64,000 bases of DNA. Source: Ramazzottius varieornatus (lineage: Eukaryota > Animalia > Tardigrada). The stretch's first letter is position 1. The number at the start of each line of letters is the position of its first letter. Made by a program: the position numbers and the translations under genes. The stretch spans positions 2,066,730 to 2,130,729 of the forward strand of contig BDGG01000007.1 of NCBI GenBank assembly GCA_001949185.1, written 5' to 3'. Shown here piece after piece: positions 33,671 to 46,981 of the stretch. The notes beneath the pieces are model-generated. The model was given only the letters and a program-made list of their open reading frames with translations, ran no database searches and was not told where the DNA came from.

Positions 33671-36600
33671 ATGGATTTCTCCGCCGATTCTCCCACAACG
33701 TCCACACCGATACCAAAAGGGCCCTTTACGGAAGGCATGTCACCTCTGGTCGCTCCGGTGTCCAAACGGTTGTGCTTTGACGAGGCAGAAATCGTCGAAG
33801 AAGGTCCAAAGTCGGAGATGAACCTGGCCGACATCAGCGTCATTCGCCGCGGCTTGAACGGCATGGACATGGCTGACGACTCCATGATGTCCCACAACAC
33901 ATCCTTCAACGAGAAGAGCCCGCATAACATCAGCAGAATCCTGGATAGCAGCATGCTAGACTTTCAGGACGAGTCGGGCCTCCATGATGTCAACATCTCC
34001 ATCTCTCCACAAAATCCATCGGCCACATCATCGCCACCAGGAGGCTTTGCCAGAGAGGTAATATAGTCCTTCATGAGGCTTTCCACATATCCTACGTAAT
34101 CTTCTTCAGCTTCTAACAGCTCTAGTGATAATTTACGAATATTACATCAACCTCAAACGAATCTTGTGATGAACATTAACAATATTTATCTTGTTTTGTT
34201 TTTTTCAGGTGGCCAAACTTGGTGGCTGTTCAACGCCCAACGTGAAGACGAGATGTGCTGGACGAAGATCGAGGTTGTCGTATGGAGAAGTACCCAAAAC
34301 ACCAGTAAGACATGCTGCTTGGGATTTTTCAAGTTAATTTGGCAAGAAATGAAAGGAAGGCAGTAATTTGGAAAGTGGTTTAGAATGACTTTGGTTTCGG
34401 TTGGTTTTTTTCAGGTGAAGAGTAAGGACGGGCATCGTTCAAGAGCCAGCAGCTTCGGTGTGAAGATGCGACCAGATAGTAGCTTGATCTTGCACAATAT
34501 CATGGAAGAGCCATGTAATATCAACCCCTTCAGTGAAGAGTGCGTCTCTGTCGAAGAAGAAATAGTCCACACCGAGGAGATAGAACGTCGCACCAAACGA
34601 AATTTGTCGGACATGCTCTGCACTCCCGAAACTTCCTCACAGTACGTTCCATGTTACCGTCCGCGACTTTTCTCGGGATGTGCAGCGAGTGAATACAAAA
34701 GTGGGGCTTGTCTCGCGCACCTGCATGCTCGTGTGGCCCAATGATCGCAAAGGAACGATGTATGCAGGTTCGTGATGTACTGCTGGATCGTGCTTCACGC
34801 ACCTGCATACCATTGTAGCATGGTGAAAGCGTGGCCGAGTATATGTAAGGTCGTGATGCGTGGATGGATTTAGTCAGCCGCAACGTCGGGGATGACAGAA
34901 GATGCCAGGAGTTGGTTTTTGCAGGGATTGGAGGACTCCGGAGAGTGGGTATGGAACGAGAAACAAGGTACAGAAGACGGACAAGGTGGTCTTTAGTTTG
35001 GGCAGTCCCTTCTCATCAGCGGACACTGGTCGATGCCACAGTCCTTCCATGTCCTCTTCACCCGTCACGCAGTACGAAAGGGACTTTGTGGAGCTGGACA
35101 CCATTGCCAGCGGGCAGTTCGGACATGTCACCAAAGTCCGAAAGCGCTTGGATGGAGTCATCTATGCCGTCAAACGCATACGAGAAGAAGGAAAGAATAT
35201 GTCATTGTAGGTTTTCTGAATACTCGTAGTGAATAGCCATGTTCAGTACACTGACTCAAATGAATTTGTGTATTCAGCGCAGTGTTTTCATAGGTCGGAG
35301 ATCGTCCACGAAGTGTTCGCGCTTTCGGCCCTAGAGTCTCACCCCAACGTGGTGCGGTATTTTAATTCTTGGAGCGACGGAGGACATCTGTACCTACAAA
35401 CGGAATATTGCGATGGTAAACAAACATAATACTTTTGCTCGTGGCACGGCTTTGACAGATGCCATTCAGCACTGTCGAAGCCGTGCCCGGTTTCGATACT
35501 GATTCCCCATCAAGCCCCTGCTGCAAAGTTCCCTGCTTTTTCTTATACCATGAACTGTATTTATTCACCTAGGTGGGACGTTGGGTTCGCACATTGTTCA
35601 GAATCGGAGGTTGGGCAAAAGTTTTGCTGAAGACGAGCTTCGACGCATTGTTCTTCAAACCGGAAGTGGCCTTCACTTCCTCCATAACCGTTTCTTGGCG
35701 CATTTGGATGTCAAACCTGGTAAGTGTAATATTCTCAGTTTCTGGACTGAGCTTGACATACAACAGTCTCACTGATTTTCGTCCAATCTTCTCATCGCAG
35801 ACAACATTTTCATTGCTTGTCGGAAAAGAACTTGTTCAAACGGTCGACCGGAAACGCCCGACGAGGATGCTGTAGGAAAGTACACCTACAAATTAGGTAA
35901 GCAAGAGTGGGCTGAATGTTATTATGGATGACTAGTTAGTGGAAGAAGGCGCTGTCACTGCAGGTGATATGGGACATGTTCAGTCCTTCCGCGACGGGAC
36001 CCTGCATGACTTTTGCGAAGGTGACCGAGACTACCTCGCACCGGAAATCCTCCATGATATGCAGTCATCCCTTCTCGATCCACCCAAAGCCGATGTCTAT
36101 TCGCTAGGCATCACACTTTTTGAAACGGTGAGATATAGTCAAAGTTCTGCCTCACAGAAAAAGGTTGACGAAAAGGCTTTTGGAATGTGTTGCAGGCTCA
36201 AGTTGGTCGCAACACCATCGTTCCTATTGACTTTAACTCCGCAGCTCGACGGAATGGCGTCATCCCGGGCATCTTGGACCTCCCTCTTCTTCTCAACCAG
36301 CTAATACAGGTAAGAAGAAAATAAAAGAAGAGAAAAGATTAAAAACAAATGTTTATATCATATACGATTTCATTTCGGCACGCAAACTCGGTGGAACGTT
36401 TTCAAGTGGCGCGCGCTTGCGGGCGCCAGTACGGGATCCATCCGCGAGTTGGGAAAGCCGACCCGACATTTTTATTCTTCTCAAGTGGCGCACGTTGCCA
36501 GCCAGAATCAGTGAAAACGTGCACCACTTGAAATGATGATCTTGGTGGAACCATTCGCCGAGGTTCCGTTTACTGTCATAATGTTCACTTCCGGATATTC

Positions 36601-36808
36601 ACTGTAGAAAATGACGACGGCTGATCCACGTTTCCGTTCGACAATGGCAGACATCCTGGCTGACCCGGCTCTGAAGATCGTCTCTCACCCTGTTGTCAGT
36701 GGCCTCAAGAAGTACGCACCCAAGGCTGTCAAGAAGCTGTCGTTGGGGGCTCGCAACAGAGTCAAGGAACCCGTCATCAACCGAGGCGTCAGCTGCACGG
36801 AATTCTGA
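33671..36808 (+). CDS. WEE1: Wee1 protein kinase
   Basis: Multi-exon; Wee-box-like NINPF, YERDFVELDTIASGQFGHVTKVRKRLDGVIYAVKR, EVFALSAL..HPNVVRY, HLDVKPDNIFI, YKLGDMGHV, EGDRDYLAPE. Confidence 0.93.
36402..36544. repeat. Two palindromic element units (last Wee1 intron)
   Basis: caagtggcgcg (degenerate) and tcaagtggcgca-27 nt-tgcaccacttga. Confidence 0.8.
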
Positions 36809-37650
36809 AAGAGTCAAGGAAGAGTTCCGCTGATAAAGAGATTTTCGTCTTCTGTTCCTCTCGTTTTTCGCTTTTCTGTTGATATCACAGATCAAACTGT
36901 ACGTTAATAAATGGAGTTTATCTTTATGTGCACCATGAAAGAGAAGTATTAGGATTGGGAGAGTGCCTTGAACGGATCTCGACAATGTTTTTATGTGCTC
37001 TTGATATTTTTAGCTGTTCCCTCTTCGTCTTTGTTCGTATATCTGCGCGCGTAGTGAAATCATACAGTCGCCCACTTCTCCTTCTCTGTATTTATGCCTA
37101 GATGGATTTCTTTGGGTGAATATCATTGCAGAATTTCATTTACTTCCAATGGCAACATTTTGATTGTCATATGTGGGTATGAAAAGAATATTGTTCCTTT
37201 TTGCTCCTTTTTTAGTCTAGTTGTTTTCCCTCCATATTCTTACGTTTAACCTCAGATTGTTCCATTTGAGACTCGTATGAGATTTCTACGCTCAGACCCT
37301 TTTGTTCCGAAACCAGCTAAGAACCAGTGACCAACGAGGAAGGTCTTCGGTTTTCCGGCAAGGCTTTTTCTCCGTGTCAGTTGGCGCGGAAGTCAATGTG
37401 GCCAGTGGCCTTCCAACACAAAGCCTTCTTTCGACGTCATGAACGAGCACAGTCAGCGGGGGCACCTGCTCGTGCGCTTCGCTGACGTCACTTGGGCCGT
37501 TTTCGTCCGACCATGGCAGCTCCTGTTGATTGATGTGTCTGGATAGTGCTGATTCATTGAAGCAGCTGGAGATTCGATACTTTTAAGTTTTCGATTCTCC
37601 CCCTGGTATATTCTTGTCCACTGTCCACGATGTGATTTCACGTTCAACCA

Positions 37651-38079
37651 ATGCCCTCGATAATGTTTTCCAAGAGAGGATACGATGAGGAGGACGGGGT
37701 GCCAGTGGAACCTTCGAAAAACGATGTGGATCTGAAACCTTTAACGAAGAAGTTGAAAGGAACGCATCTGGACGAAGAAATGACCATCGACAACGGTAAC
37801 AGCTATGCATCCTCTCCCTCCTACGCCTCACCTCCTCGTTTAGTCTATCCTGGATCTCCTCACGGATTAGAGTACTCACCTCCAGCCACCGTTCCCTACG
37901 ACAACGCAAATGCCCCTTCGACGTCGCATCGACAAGAAAGAGTTACGCAACACGATACTGACATGGATCTGACTGATTACGATCCCGAACTGGATGAGCG
38001 GACGAACCCTTTTTACTATAGCAAGAATCGTTTATTACATGAAGCTCATTTGGAGAGGATACGGCGAGGGAAAATGTGA
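37651..38079 (+). CDS. Small single-exon protein, FAM104/VCF1-like (p97 cofactor family)
   Basis: 142-aa disordered ORF ending in YDPELDERTNPFYYSKNRLLHEAHLER, similar to the remembered FAM104 C-terminal helix (Y..IN..L.EAH). Confidence 0.6.
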   Translation: MPSIMFSKRGYDEEDGVPVEPSKNDVDLKPLTKKLKGTHLDEEMTIDNGNSYASSPSYASPPRLVYPGSPHGLEYSPPATVPYDNANAPSTSHRQERVTQHDTDMDLTDYDPELDERTNPFYYSKNRLLHEAHLERIRRGKM

Positions 38080-38339
38080 TGGCAAGAAACGTCTTTTGCT
38101 TCGCTGCTTCAATCTTTTCTTTCGGTGTTCTGTGATATTTTTGCCCAGGTTGATGCTCCGCCTTTACCTCGAATCTTGACGGTTATTCTTCTGTACATTC
38201 TTTTTCTGTTCTTGCATTTTTATTCTCAAGTATTTCTGCGGTCGTAGTCAATGATGGGACGGCGAGAAGGCTTGTGCCAGTTGATCAGAAATTTAAAGAT
38301 ACGCGTAATTCATACTAATTCATAAACAGACCAACGTCC

Positions 38340-38470
38340 TAATCAATCGACAAATCAAATGGTCAGCTGATCCGTCCCGTCTTGGGTGCCCGCTGCTCGG
38401 TCAAGCGGCGCACTGTACCCGAAAAGGACGGCTCCGCTCGTGTCACTGGGTACACACTTGATTGTGGGAA
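38340..38470 (+). repeat. Dispersed ~200-bp repeat, copy 3 (diverged)
   Basis: aatcaa...cagctgatccgt...gacggctccg...ttgattg in the same order as copy 2. Confidence 0.5.
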
Positions 38471-39572
38471 GTTGATTGCTGTCGTTCTCTACGTGTTCAC
38501 TTTTTACTTCACTGTTAGTCGGACTTTGTTCAGTCCAAGCATCTGACTGTTCTCTTTAGGTCTTTCGCAGTTTGCTTCCAGCCAGCAACTGAAGAATGGG
38601 TCTGGAAGAAGAAGAGTAGAAAAGCTCAAGGGAGAGTCCGGCGCCACCGGCTGATGGACCGACAGAGAGGCCCTGGAGAACCCTGAACGAGTCCGAAGTT
38701 CACAGTAGTCCTTCCACTGGATCAATGTCAGGGAATAGACAAGCAGCTGACTGAAATTGCAGGGGCCGACTTCAGAGATCTTCCCATACTCCTCGTGGAG
38801 GAGATCTTTCAGTGGACGGGACACTTCAAGTTGCTCAAGCTTCGTCGGTAAGTGGAAGCCCTCAATCCCTGGCTATACTCGTTTTCAAAGTACAGTAACA
38901 CCAAGGTATAGATACTGACAGTGTTTGCCAAGGTTGGAGAGCCTTGATCTGGCGAGAATCGGCGGCGTTTCTGATCGGCATGTGGCTCTGGACTTGTAGG
39001 GACTATTACTCTACCGGCGCAACCGTAATTTTTCGTCCATCCCACACACAGTATCATCCGGCAATAACAAAATTTGGCAGTTATCGAGAGGAGCCACCAT
39101 GGTCCTGGCGTACAGTGAGCTCAAGTGCTTGATCAACGGGAGTGGCTTGGGAGACCGTCCTTCCAAGCGGCGCACGCTAACAGTCGATAACACTGAGAAG
39201 GTGCGCCGCTTATTAAATAATCTTGCCCATCTTTGTTTATCGACCGTCTACTTCCGTTACTGGTTATGAATAGATATTTTTACTGTTTTTCTTTGTGGAT
39301 CGATCTAGTTATCTTTGCCATTCTGTTCTGGCAAGAAGCCATAAGAGCAGCAAACGAAAGTTATTATGTACGTCAAGGAACTTATGAGAGGGAATCACAT
39401 CGGTATACATCGGCAAAGAGGCAGACTGTAACAAGAGTTAATATCATGTACAGCAGCAGCTTTTCAAGGAACCTCATACCGCCAAAGGCGGGATCATTGA
39501 GGAAAAAGTGTGATGAACACAGTCGAACCTCAGGACAGAATAAAACTTTGGTTGGGACCCCGCTTGACACGC

Positions 39573-41063
39573 TCAGTCGTATTCGGCTCCTATCGTGATG
39601 CTGATTTCATCGCCGACGATCAGCGTCTTGTGGAACCAGGTGTCCGTGTCCAGTACGACTGAAACAAACATGACCATGCAACTTCCGGCCGACACTTCCC
39701 ACCAGAAAGCAAAACTTTCCAGCAGAGAGAAGCGCGAAACAACTTACTGATATCATTCGGATGCACCGTAACGCTCAGAGGCTGACAAGTGAGATAACAC
39801 TCACGCGGGGGTTCGATCGTCCACATTTTGCTTCCTCGAATTTGAGCCTGCCACGAAGGTCGTCCCACATTATCCACCTGCGAATGTTGAGATCGATATA
39901 CACAGGTAGCATAATACCATGGGAGGTCGCCAGGTCGGCAAGTAAGAAAGTACAGTGTCGTCACCTCAAGTGGCGCACACTTCTGGCCACCAACCATGGA
40001 GCCGTGCGCCACTTGGCAACTGGGCAAGATCGCTCTTGCAAGTGGCGCAGACTTCCGACCAATCACAATGCATCAATGCGCCACTTTTAAGGACGATCTT
40101 GACGTTTTGTTTGCCCGGTCTGCCATGCCAGTTTTGCTATTGTGGGCTCAGTCCTTGCCTACATGCATGTTGGCGCCATATCCTGGTCGACCCATGAAGA
40201 TCCAGTCCAGCCGACTGCTTTGGGAACCCAGCGGAAGAAATGTTGGGCGCGAGTAATGCTGTCTGAGGACATCCGCCACCGACACGTCGCAGTTGGACCA
40301 GCCCACATACCACATCTCCTGGAAGCGTTGCGCTGACATGGTCAGAAGTTCCTTCAGGCTCCTGAATTCCGTCTGGTAGCCGAAGAACTGACAGTGCTCG
40401 TCCAGAACATCCACCGAACCGGGAAATCTCTCCAGGTACAGGTGGCGGAAAAATTCAAAGTCGAAAACTTTCGAGGCATTCCAGCCTTTCATGGCGTTCC
40501 TCACAACCACTGGTCTCGATGTGTAGGCATATTTATCCGTGAATTCTTCCACGGATATCCTGTCCACGGAATCCACCGCTTTAATATCTGCACAATCTGC
40601 AAGGAAAACCAACTTCAAGAATTTTATACTAGAATTCCGCAATTTAAAACATGGATAGAAAAAGGGCGATGAGGAGTCAAGTAGGAACGGCACCTACGGC
40701 GGATATTCATTAGGGGTGGGCACAGCACCTACATGAACATTCGACTGGTGGTCTGAATAGCTCTCCCCACCTGGGATGCGCCCTGACGGCGCACGTGCTG
40801 TCCGCGGCTTCATATCTTCCTAGTCCAAGCTGTACAATGGTCCAGGGGATAACGTGCCAGGCTGGTGTATAGCACAGGATGGCAAGGAAGACGAGAGGTG
40901 CAAGGCAAAGGAGCAGAGATGGCTTGTAGGCATCAGCTTGTGCGGATGAGTGCAGTGCCAGCAGGCGTCTCAAAGAAGGCAGCTTATCCAGATCTTTCTC
41001 CGAGAGCTTGGCCTGCTTCATCTTCTCCAGAAGCTTCTGCACTTTCCGCTCCTGTTCTTCCAT
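39573..41063 (-). CDS. JmjC/cupin-8-like membrane-anchored 2-oxoglutarate oxygenase-like protein
   Basis: Multi-exon; N-terminal TM segment, EEFTDKYAYTSRPVVVR, WYVGWSNCD, WIFMG..GANMH|VD..SWQAQIRGSKMW, WFH (HxD...H triad). Confidence 0.85.
39967..40101. repeat. Two tandem palindromic element units (JmjC intron)
   Basis: Both spacers 27 nt; full unit caagatcgctcttgcaagtggcgca...tgcgccacttttaaggacgatcttg at 40025-40101. Confidence 0.9.
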
Positions 41064-41219
41064 AGTCCCGATCGAAGAAAATAGTAAGGACCCCATTCAC
41101 AAGAAAGTATAAACTTCCAAGCACACGCACGACAAGAAATCATGAGCCAGTAAAAAAAAAATAATGGACCAGGCTTTCACGGGAAGATCGTGCCGATTCG
41201 TACGTACGTGATTGATTCA

Positions 41220-41867
41220 TAGTGCTGGCAACAATACGGTATACCAATATTGTATAGAAATATATCGAATCTTTGCGATAAAATATGCGGCAGATATCGT
41301 ATCGAAAATATCGATATGAAGCTCATGTCGAATAGAGCAATAAAATATTCGGCGATATCGCCATATCGATATATTATCGATATATGGCGATATATGGATA
41401 TTTTGCTGAATGGCAAACTCGCCAGTGATTTCTCCTTTACGGAAGGTCATGGTTAATTTCCGAGACTTGATCTTGGCCATGGTGTACCGAGCACACTCCG
41501 CCCATTCGGTTCTGGTACTAGTTCTGCCCAGGTTTCCATGTGTTTGAAGTCTTGGTTATAGTCATGTCTTTGCTGCATCCGACGCTTTCGATCTCAGTGA
41601 AACTTCATGAGAAAACCGGCTTTTTGAGTTTTTGGGCTTGAACCAGTGGAATTCCGAAAAACCAAAATTCCAGAAATATCGATATATCGCTGCGATATGA
41701 TACGATATATCGCTGCGATATGATACGATATATCAAAAAAACGGTATCGAAAAAATATTGTATCGAAATGTCGATATCGAATGAATATCGAAGACTTCAA
41801 TAAAATATCCGCCGATATTGTATCGAAAAATATCGTGTCGAATTTTATCGTGTTTTTGCCAGCGCCA
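41220..41867. mobile_element. hAT-type MITE with many subterminal CGATAT/ATATCG repeats
   Basis: TIR tagtgctggcaa / ttgccagcgcca; 8-bp TSD TTGATTCA at 41212-41219 and 41868-41875. Confidence 0.85.
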
Positions 41868-42005
41868 TTGATTCACAGTACAGTACTGTAATGCACTTTT
41901 CTACGTTCGTAGCTTTGGATTTTGATTTTGCTGTCTTTTCCGCGTGTACCATAATTCGCACTGGCCCATAGTTTCTTGTCGTGCGTGTAGCTGTGAACGA
42001 AGCCT

Positions 42006-42166
42006 GCCGAGCTGGGCTCCGCTCAGGGTTTTCGACGTCACTAACAGTTCGTTCAGATCGATTCACCGACCGTAATGGTATACGGACACGCTCAATCAAA
42101 ATCGTCAATCAAGTGAGTGTTTCATTAAGGTGACGTCGAAAAACCCTGGGCGGAGCCTAGCTCGGC
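42006..42166. mobile_element. Small inverted-repeat element (MITE-like)
   Basis: gccgagctgggctccgctcagggttttcgacgtcac / gtgacgtcgaaaaaccctgggcggagcctagctcggc. Confidence 0.65.
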
Positions 42167-42407
42167 TAGGATTATGACCATGTACTGTGTAAGAAAGTGC
42201 ACTGGCTGGCTGCACTGACTAAAAACGGATTTACGTCTGTCCACTCTGATCTTGAAGCAAATACGACGGAAAGATAGAGGAGAGTTTGCTCCACACCCTG
42301 AGATAGACTCAGTCGGCGGAATAAAACTCTGCCGCAGTAAGCGGATGTGACGTCGAAATTCAGGTCGAAATTAGACAAAAGGTCGAAATTAGACAAAAGA
42401 ATATCGG

Positions 42408-42690
42408 TCCGCGGGATCCAATGTACAGTCCCAGCACTTCCACTTTGACGCGTTCCATCTGGTACTTCACTGTCAAATCAGGAACGCAAATGTCGTTTCT
42501 TCTCTTCGTTCACGTCTGCGGCTCGATGTTCTCCTCCTTCATAACGTACCGTTGGGTCGACATCCCCAGCTTGCTCCTTTCCACGGTCCATCACGTTGAT
42601 GTCCACCGGCCGTAAACTGTCATCGACTGCGGTACACGGATCTTCCTCGTAGACTTCCAGGTCTTTCTTCTCTCGAAAGGCATTGGCTAC
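42408..42690 (-). mobile_element. Non-LTR retrotransposon remnant (restriction-like endonuclease domain)
   Basis: EVYEE..C....RPVDI..DR......DPTVRYE.......VNEEKK, then (frameshift) PDLTVKY..V.VLGLYIGSRG: the RLE PD..D-K / GxRG pattern. Confidence 0.6.
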
Positions 42691-43341
42691 CATTGTTGGG
42701 AGTAAAATTGAGTTGTCTGGACTAAACTGTATACCGTGATGCTGAATTATTTTACTCTGGAGTGAAACCAACTGAATTTTGGAGTAAAATGAGTGCAACA
42801 CTGCACGGTGGCGCAAAATTTAGTCAGAGTACCCAAGGGACTCTGAATCGCAGACTCATCAGAGGAAGCTCGAGCTCCAGACAGCACGATCCTTTACTCA
42901 GGATGATTCCCCGATTTTTTCTGAGTTTTCTAATTTTTGATGAGTTTTCGATGAATTATGAGTCGTGATTTCAGATTTGATCAATCAGTTCTGTACTGAT
43001 CATTCGAAGATGTTGGCCTATTGATTAATACGGAATTGATAACCCTGTTACTAGTACCACTGACGGCACTGCGATGTATAATGGCAGAGACCACTTTCGG
43101 TGCCAAGAAATTTCTTTGATCTTCCGCCATAAGCTCAGGCTTGCTATAGTTTGCGCCAATTCAAGGGCTTTAGAATGCCTCAACAGCTTTCTACGATGAC
43201 TCAAGCGGTCTGTGATTTATTCTAAAGCTCCGCTGGAAGGCCAGCCTTTTGGGCGGAGCTCTCGCAATTCAGAAAGCCTACATGTAAGGGGTAGTGAGAA
43301 GCGGTACGTGAGTATCTCGATGTGAGGATGCGCCCAGAGTA

Positions 43342-44732
43342 CTGTATTCCGTCTAAGGTTCTGCGCAGTAAGTCATCACGTCAGTGAATTATACCCCGCA
43401 AAAACTTTACTTTACATCAGACTGATTGTTTGATTGTTGCCCATCGGGTTGTCACTTATTGCTCATTGTTTTCTGAATTTTTAACCGGGAGCACATTGCT
43501 GAGCTCGTTGCCGCAATGAGCTCTAAAACTCATAGTAAATGGCTCTTGCCGCTGCTGTCAAGCTAGGAATCACCGGGTCTAGGGCTTCGAAAGGATGGGT
43601 TAGGAAGCGACGTGGAATAGTTTTGACAACAAGATTGGCCGAAAGTTCGCGCAGACGGACGAAGACAAGGTAAGAGGTCTGCTTATTACGGTGTGTGACG
43701 TCATGTTATGAAATTTGTTTGAAGTAGTGTTACTTTCTATTGCAAATACGATTAGTGACGACATCCGCGAATTAAACTGACATTCACTTTTCCTATCTGC
43801 AGATCCAGGAAGAATTCTTCCCACACAGGATTCTTGGAGCTGTCTCCCTAAATCAACCTCATCCTTACCACATCATGAACATGGACTAGACTTCTTTCAG
43901 ACTGCAGAACACGTATAAAAAGCGAAGGAAGTTAAAGTTGTCCAGCCTCCATGAGATCCCGAATGCCTCACGATTTGCGCCGACGGCTTAAAATTTCCCG
44001 CTTCCATTGTGTTCAAAGGCAACAAGAAGACCGGTAAGCTGTCGCCAAAAATCCTAAACAAGGTGGTGATGCCCGAGAACGTGCGCATTTTCAGTACTCA
44101 TTCGGGGTGGTGGAATTCGGCTTTTGATCAGTTTTTGGATCAGCGAAACATTCGACGAAAGACACGATGGTGGAACCCTGATCAGCGATCGTGCGCCAGC
44201 TCATGGGAGTTTTGAAAGTCAGCTTCTACTGGTAAATCTGGGTATTGAACAGGTGTTCATTCCCGCTGGACTCACTGGTACCTATCAACCTCTCGACGTA
44301 GGTGTAAACTTCCCCTTTAAATCGCACCTGCGACGATCTTACCATGTCTGGAGGGATGATCTCACCGCTATTAGCAAGAGTGGGTACTTGAAGAAGCCGA
44401 GCCGCCAAGACCTCATCCATTTGGTTTCGGAAGCTTGGGACAAAATCACGGTTTCGACGGTAGTAAGTTCTTTTGTTTGAGCTAATATTATGCCAGAACC
44501 TTTGCACATGTTAGCTGGACAGGAAGAGGTTATGGATAGTCCTGAGCATTCGGAGACCTCTTTTGAGTGTAGTTTCAGCTCGGTGGAAGATTCATTCACA
44601 GAAGAATAAAGCGTAACTTTATAAAAATTGATTGACGAGCCTATGATTGACGATCCAGTTATTTTTCCATACCCGGCAGGTAATATCTACGGGCCTGTCA
44701 CGTGACTGCGCAGAACCTCAGAGGGAATACAG
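43342..44732 (+). mobile_element. pogo-like DNA transposon, degenerate DDE transposase
   Basis: TA|ctgtattccgtctaaggttctgcgcagt ... actgcgcagaacctcagagggaatacag|TA; CADGLKFPASIVFKG, DRAPAH, IPAGLTGTYQPLDVGVNFPFK with frameshifts. Confidence 0.88.
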
Positions 44733-45176
44733 TACTTTCTCTCGGAACTGGCGTTTTATGACATCAAGTTGTTTGGAATATTAAGCTGCACCATAGGTTC
44801 AGTTTACCGCACTTGGCCGCGGTAATTAAACTAGAACGAGTGGCTGAGAGATTTGAGGATACCACAAAAAAACACAGGAGTGTAAAAATCTGTTCAATCT
44901 ACCGATGGGTGGTACTTTTAGCCTCCCGGCCAATCCATCCAACAGTTTTTATGGATTCTCTTACGGCCATAGTTCTTAGTTCGCGAGGCGGGTCAACTTG
45001 ACCGTTTTAGAAAGTTAAAATCAGTTTTCTATCCTCCCGCTACGGGGGAGGATCAACTGATAGGATCTCTCATCCTCAGTATGTACGATCCTCCACACGG
45101 TCGTATGCGTGAATCCGTTCCGGGTAGGGAGCACGCGGCAGACCGGACAATCAGCGGTCAGCAGCCAATCAGTCGA

Positions 45177-45926
45177 NNNNNNNNNNNNNNNNNNNNNNNN
45201 NNNNNNNNNNNNNNNNNNNNNNNNNNNNNNNNNNNNNNNNNNNNNNNNNNNNNNNNNNNNNNNNNNNNNNNNNNNNNNNNNNNNNNNNNNNNNNNNNNNN
45301 NNNNNNNNNNNNNNNNNNNNNNNNNNNNNNNNNNNNNNNNNNNNNNNNNNNNNNNNNNNNNNNNNNNNNNNNNNNNNNNNNNNNNNNNNNNNNNNNNNNN
45401 NNNNNNNNNNNNNNNNNNNNNNNNNNNNNNNNNNNNNNNNNNNNNNNNNNNNNNNNNNNNNNNNNNNNNNNNNNNNNNNNNNNNNNNNNNNNNNNNNNNN
45501 NNNNNNNNNNNNNNNNNNNNNNNNNNNNNNNNNNNNNNNNNNNNNNNNNNNNNNNNNNNNNNNNNNNNNNNNNNNNNNNNNNNNNNNNNNNNNNNNNNNN
45601 NNNNNNNNNNNNNNNNNNNNNNNNNNNNNNNNNNNNNNNNNNNNNNNNNNNNNNNNNNNNNNNNNNNNNNNNNNNNNNNNNNNNNNNNNNNNNNNNNNNN
45701 NNNNNNNNNNNNNNNNNNNNNNNNNNNNNNNNNNNNNNNNNNNNNNNNNNNNNNNNNNNNNNNNNNNNNNNNNNNNNNNNNNNNNNNNNNNNNNNNNNNN
45801 NNNNNNNNNNNNNNNNNNNNNNNNNNNNNNNNNNNNNNNNNNNNNNNNNNNNNNNNNNNNNNNNNNNNNNNNNNNNNNNNNNNNNNNNNNNNNNNNNNNN
45901 NNNNNNNNNNNNNNNNNNNNNNNNNN
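45177..45926. other. Assembly gap (N run)
   Basis: Run of n. Confidence 1.
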
Positions 45927-46981
45927 CTCACTACCAATCTTAGTCAGACTAGAGTGATACACGTGCAGAATGTACTAAAATTCTGATGGAAAATCACGAG
46001 GAGAGTTGGATTACGTGGGATTTCTCCACTGGGATTGGATAATGTAACTCCGCCCAAATAGAGGTAAAAACAGAAATTTCAAAAATAGAGCTAATCGCCT
46101 CATTGGTCAACATGAAAATGCATCAAGTCGAGGGCGGATCAGCTATGTGCACGGGTCGTGACATACCTGTGAGTGGTGGATTGCGAAGCTCCATCGAACC
46201 GACAAGGCAGAACACGTTTACTTAGTGAGACATTACTTCATTTACTTTAGACTTACACCATCTATTATTTGAAATTACCGGTCAACATTGGAGACAGAAC
46301 AGAGTAGGTAAGTGATTACGAGATAATTGATAACGAGAGGCGTTGTAACGTTACGAATAACTAACTAATGCTTCAGTTGATGTCGCGTCCAGCAGCTGCC
46401 CATAGCACTTGCTCTGGATTACAATGCGGTGTCTCGAAAAACACCGCACTGCCCTCATATCTATCTGGAAAAAGTTCTGCTCGATACTGAAATTAAATAT
46501 CAATTAAATTTTTTGAAATAATTGAAGCTTAAATTCTTCAAAGACACGAAGGCATTAGATGGAGGCGGTCTTGAAGAAACTCTGGTTTCAGAGCGATATC
46601 GGCAATAAATGGCATTTTCTGGAACGTGTAGCCTGAAAACAGAAGAAAGTAATATCAATGAACTGTTATAAGTAACTTCTGGATGGTTGGCGCACTTACT
46701 GCTGCGTAAGTCCCTCATAACGTGCCGCTTTTGCGTAACCAGTGCTGATTGGTTGCCCAATATGTTCAAATACTTGCCAAGTAAGGCTCCACCCATGCGC
46801 TGCTCTATGTGCATGCACTAGTGCGCATATCCTGCATCTGTTTCCCAGACACACGCATGACGTCTAGGTCACGTGCTGTAGCTGCGTATGTTGTACACGC
46901 GACTTGTGACGTCGTACGCAGCATCGGTGAGTAACAGCACTTGCATGTGCGAAAATGACAAGATTTCTGTATACGTTCATG

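Noticed and set aside
38504-39200. Minus-strand ORFs between the FAM104-like and JmjC genes
   Set aside because: Fragmented frames, no identifiable domain.
45021-45986. 259-313-aa ORFs in the ORF track
   Set aside because: Artefacts of the 750-bp N gap.
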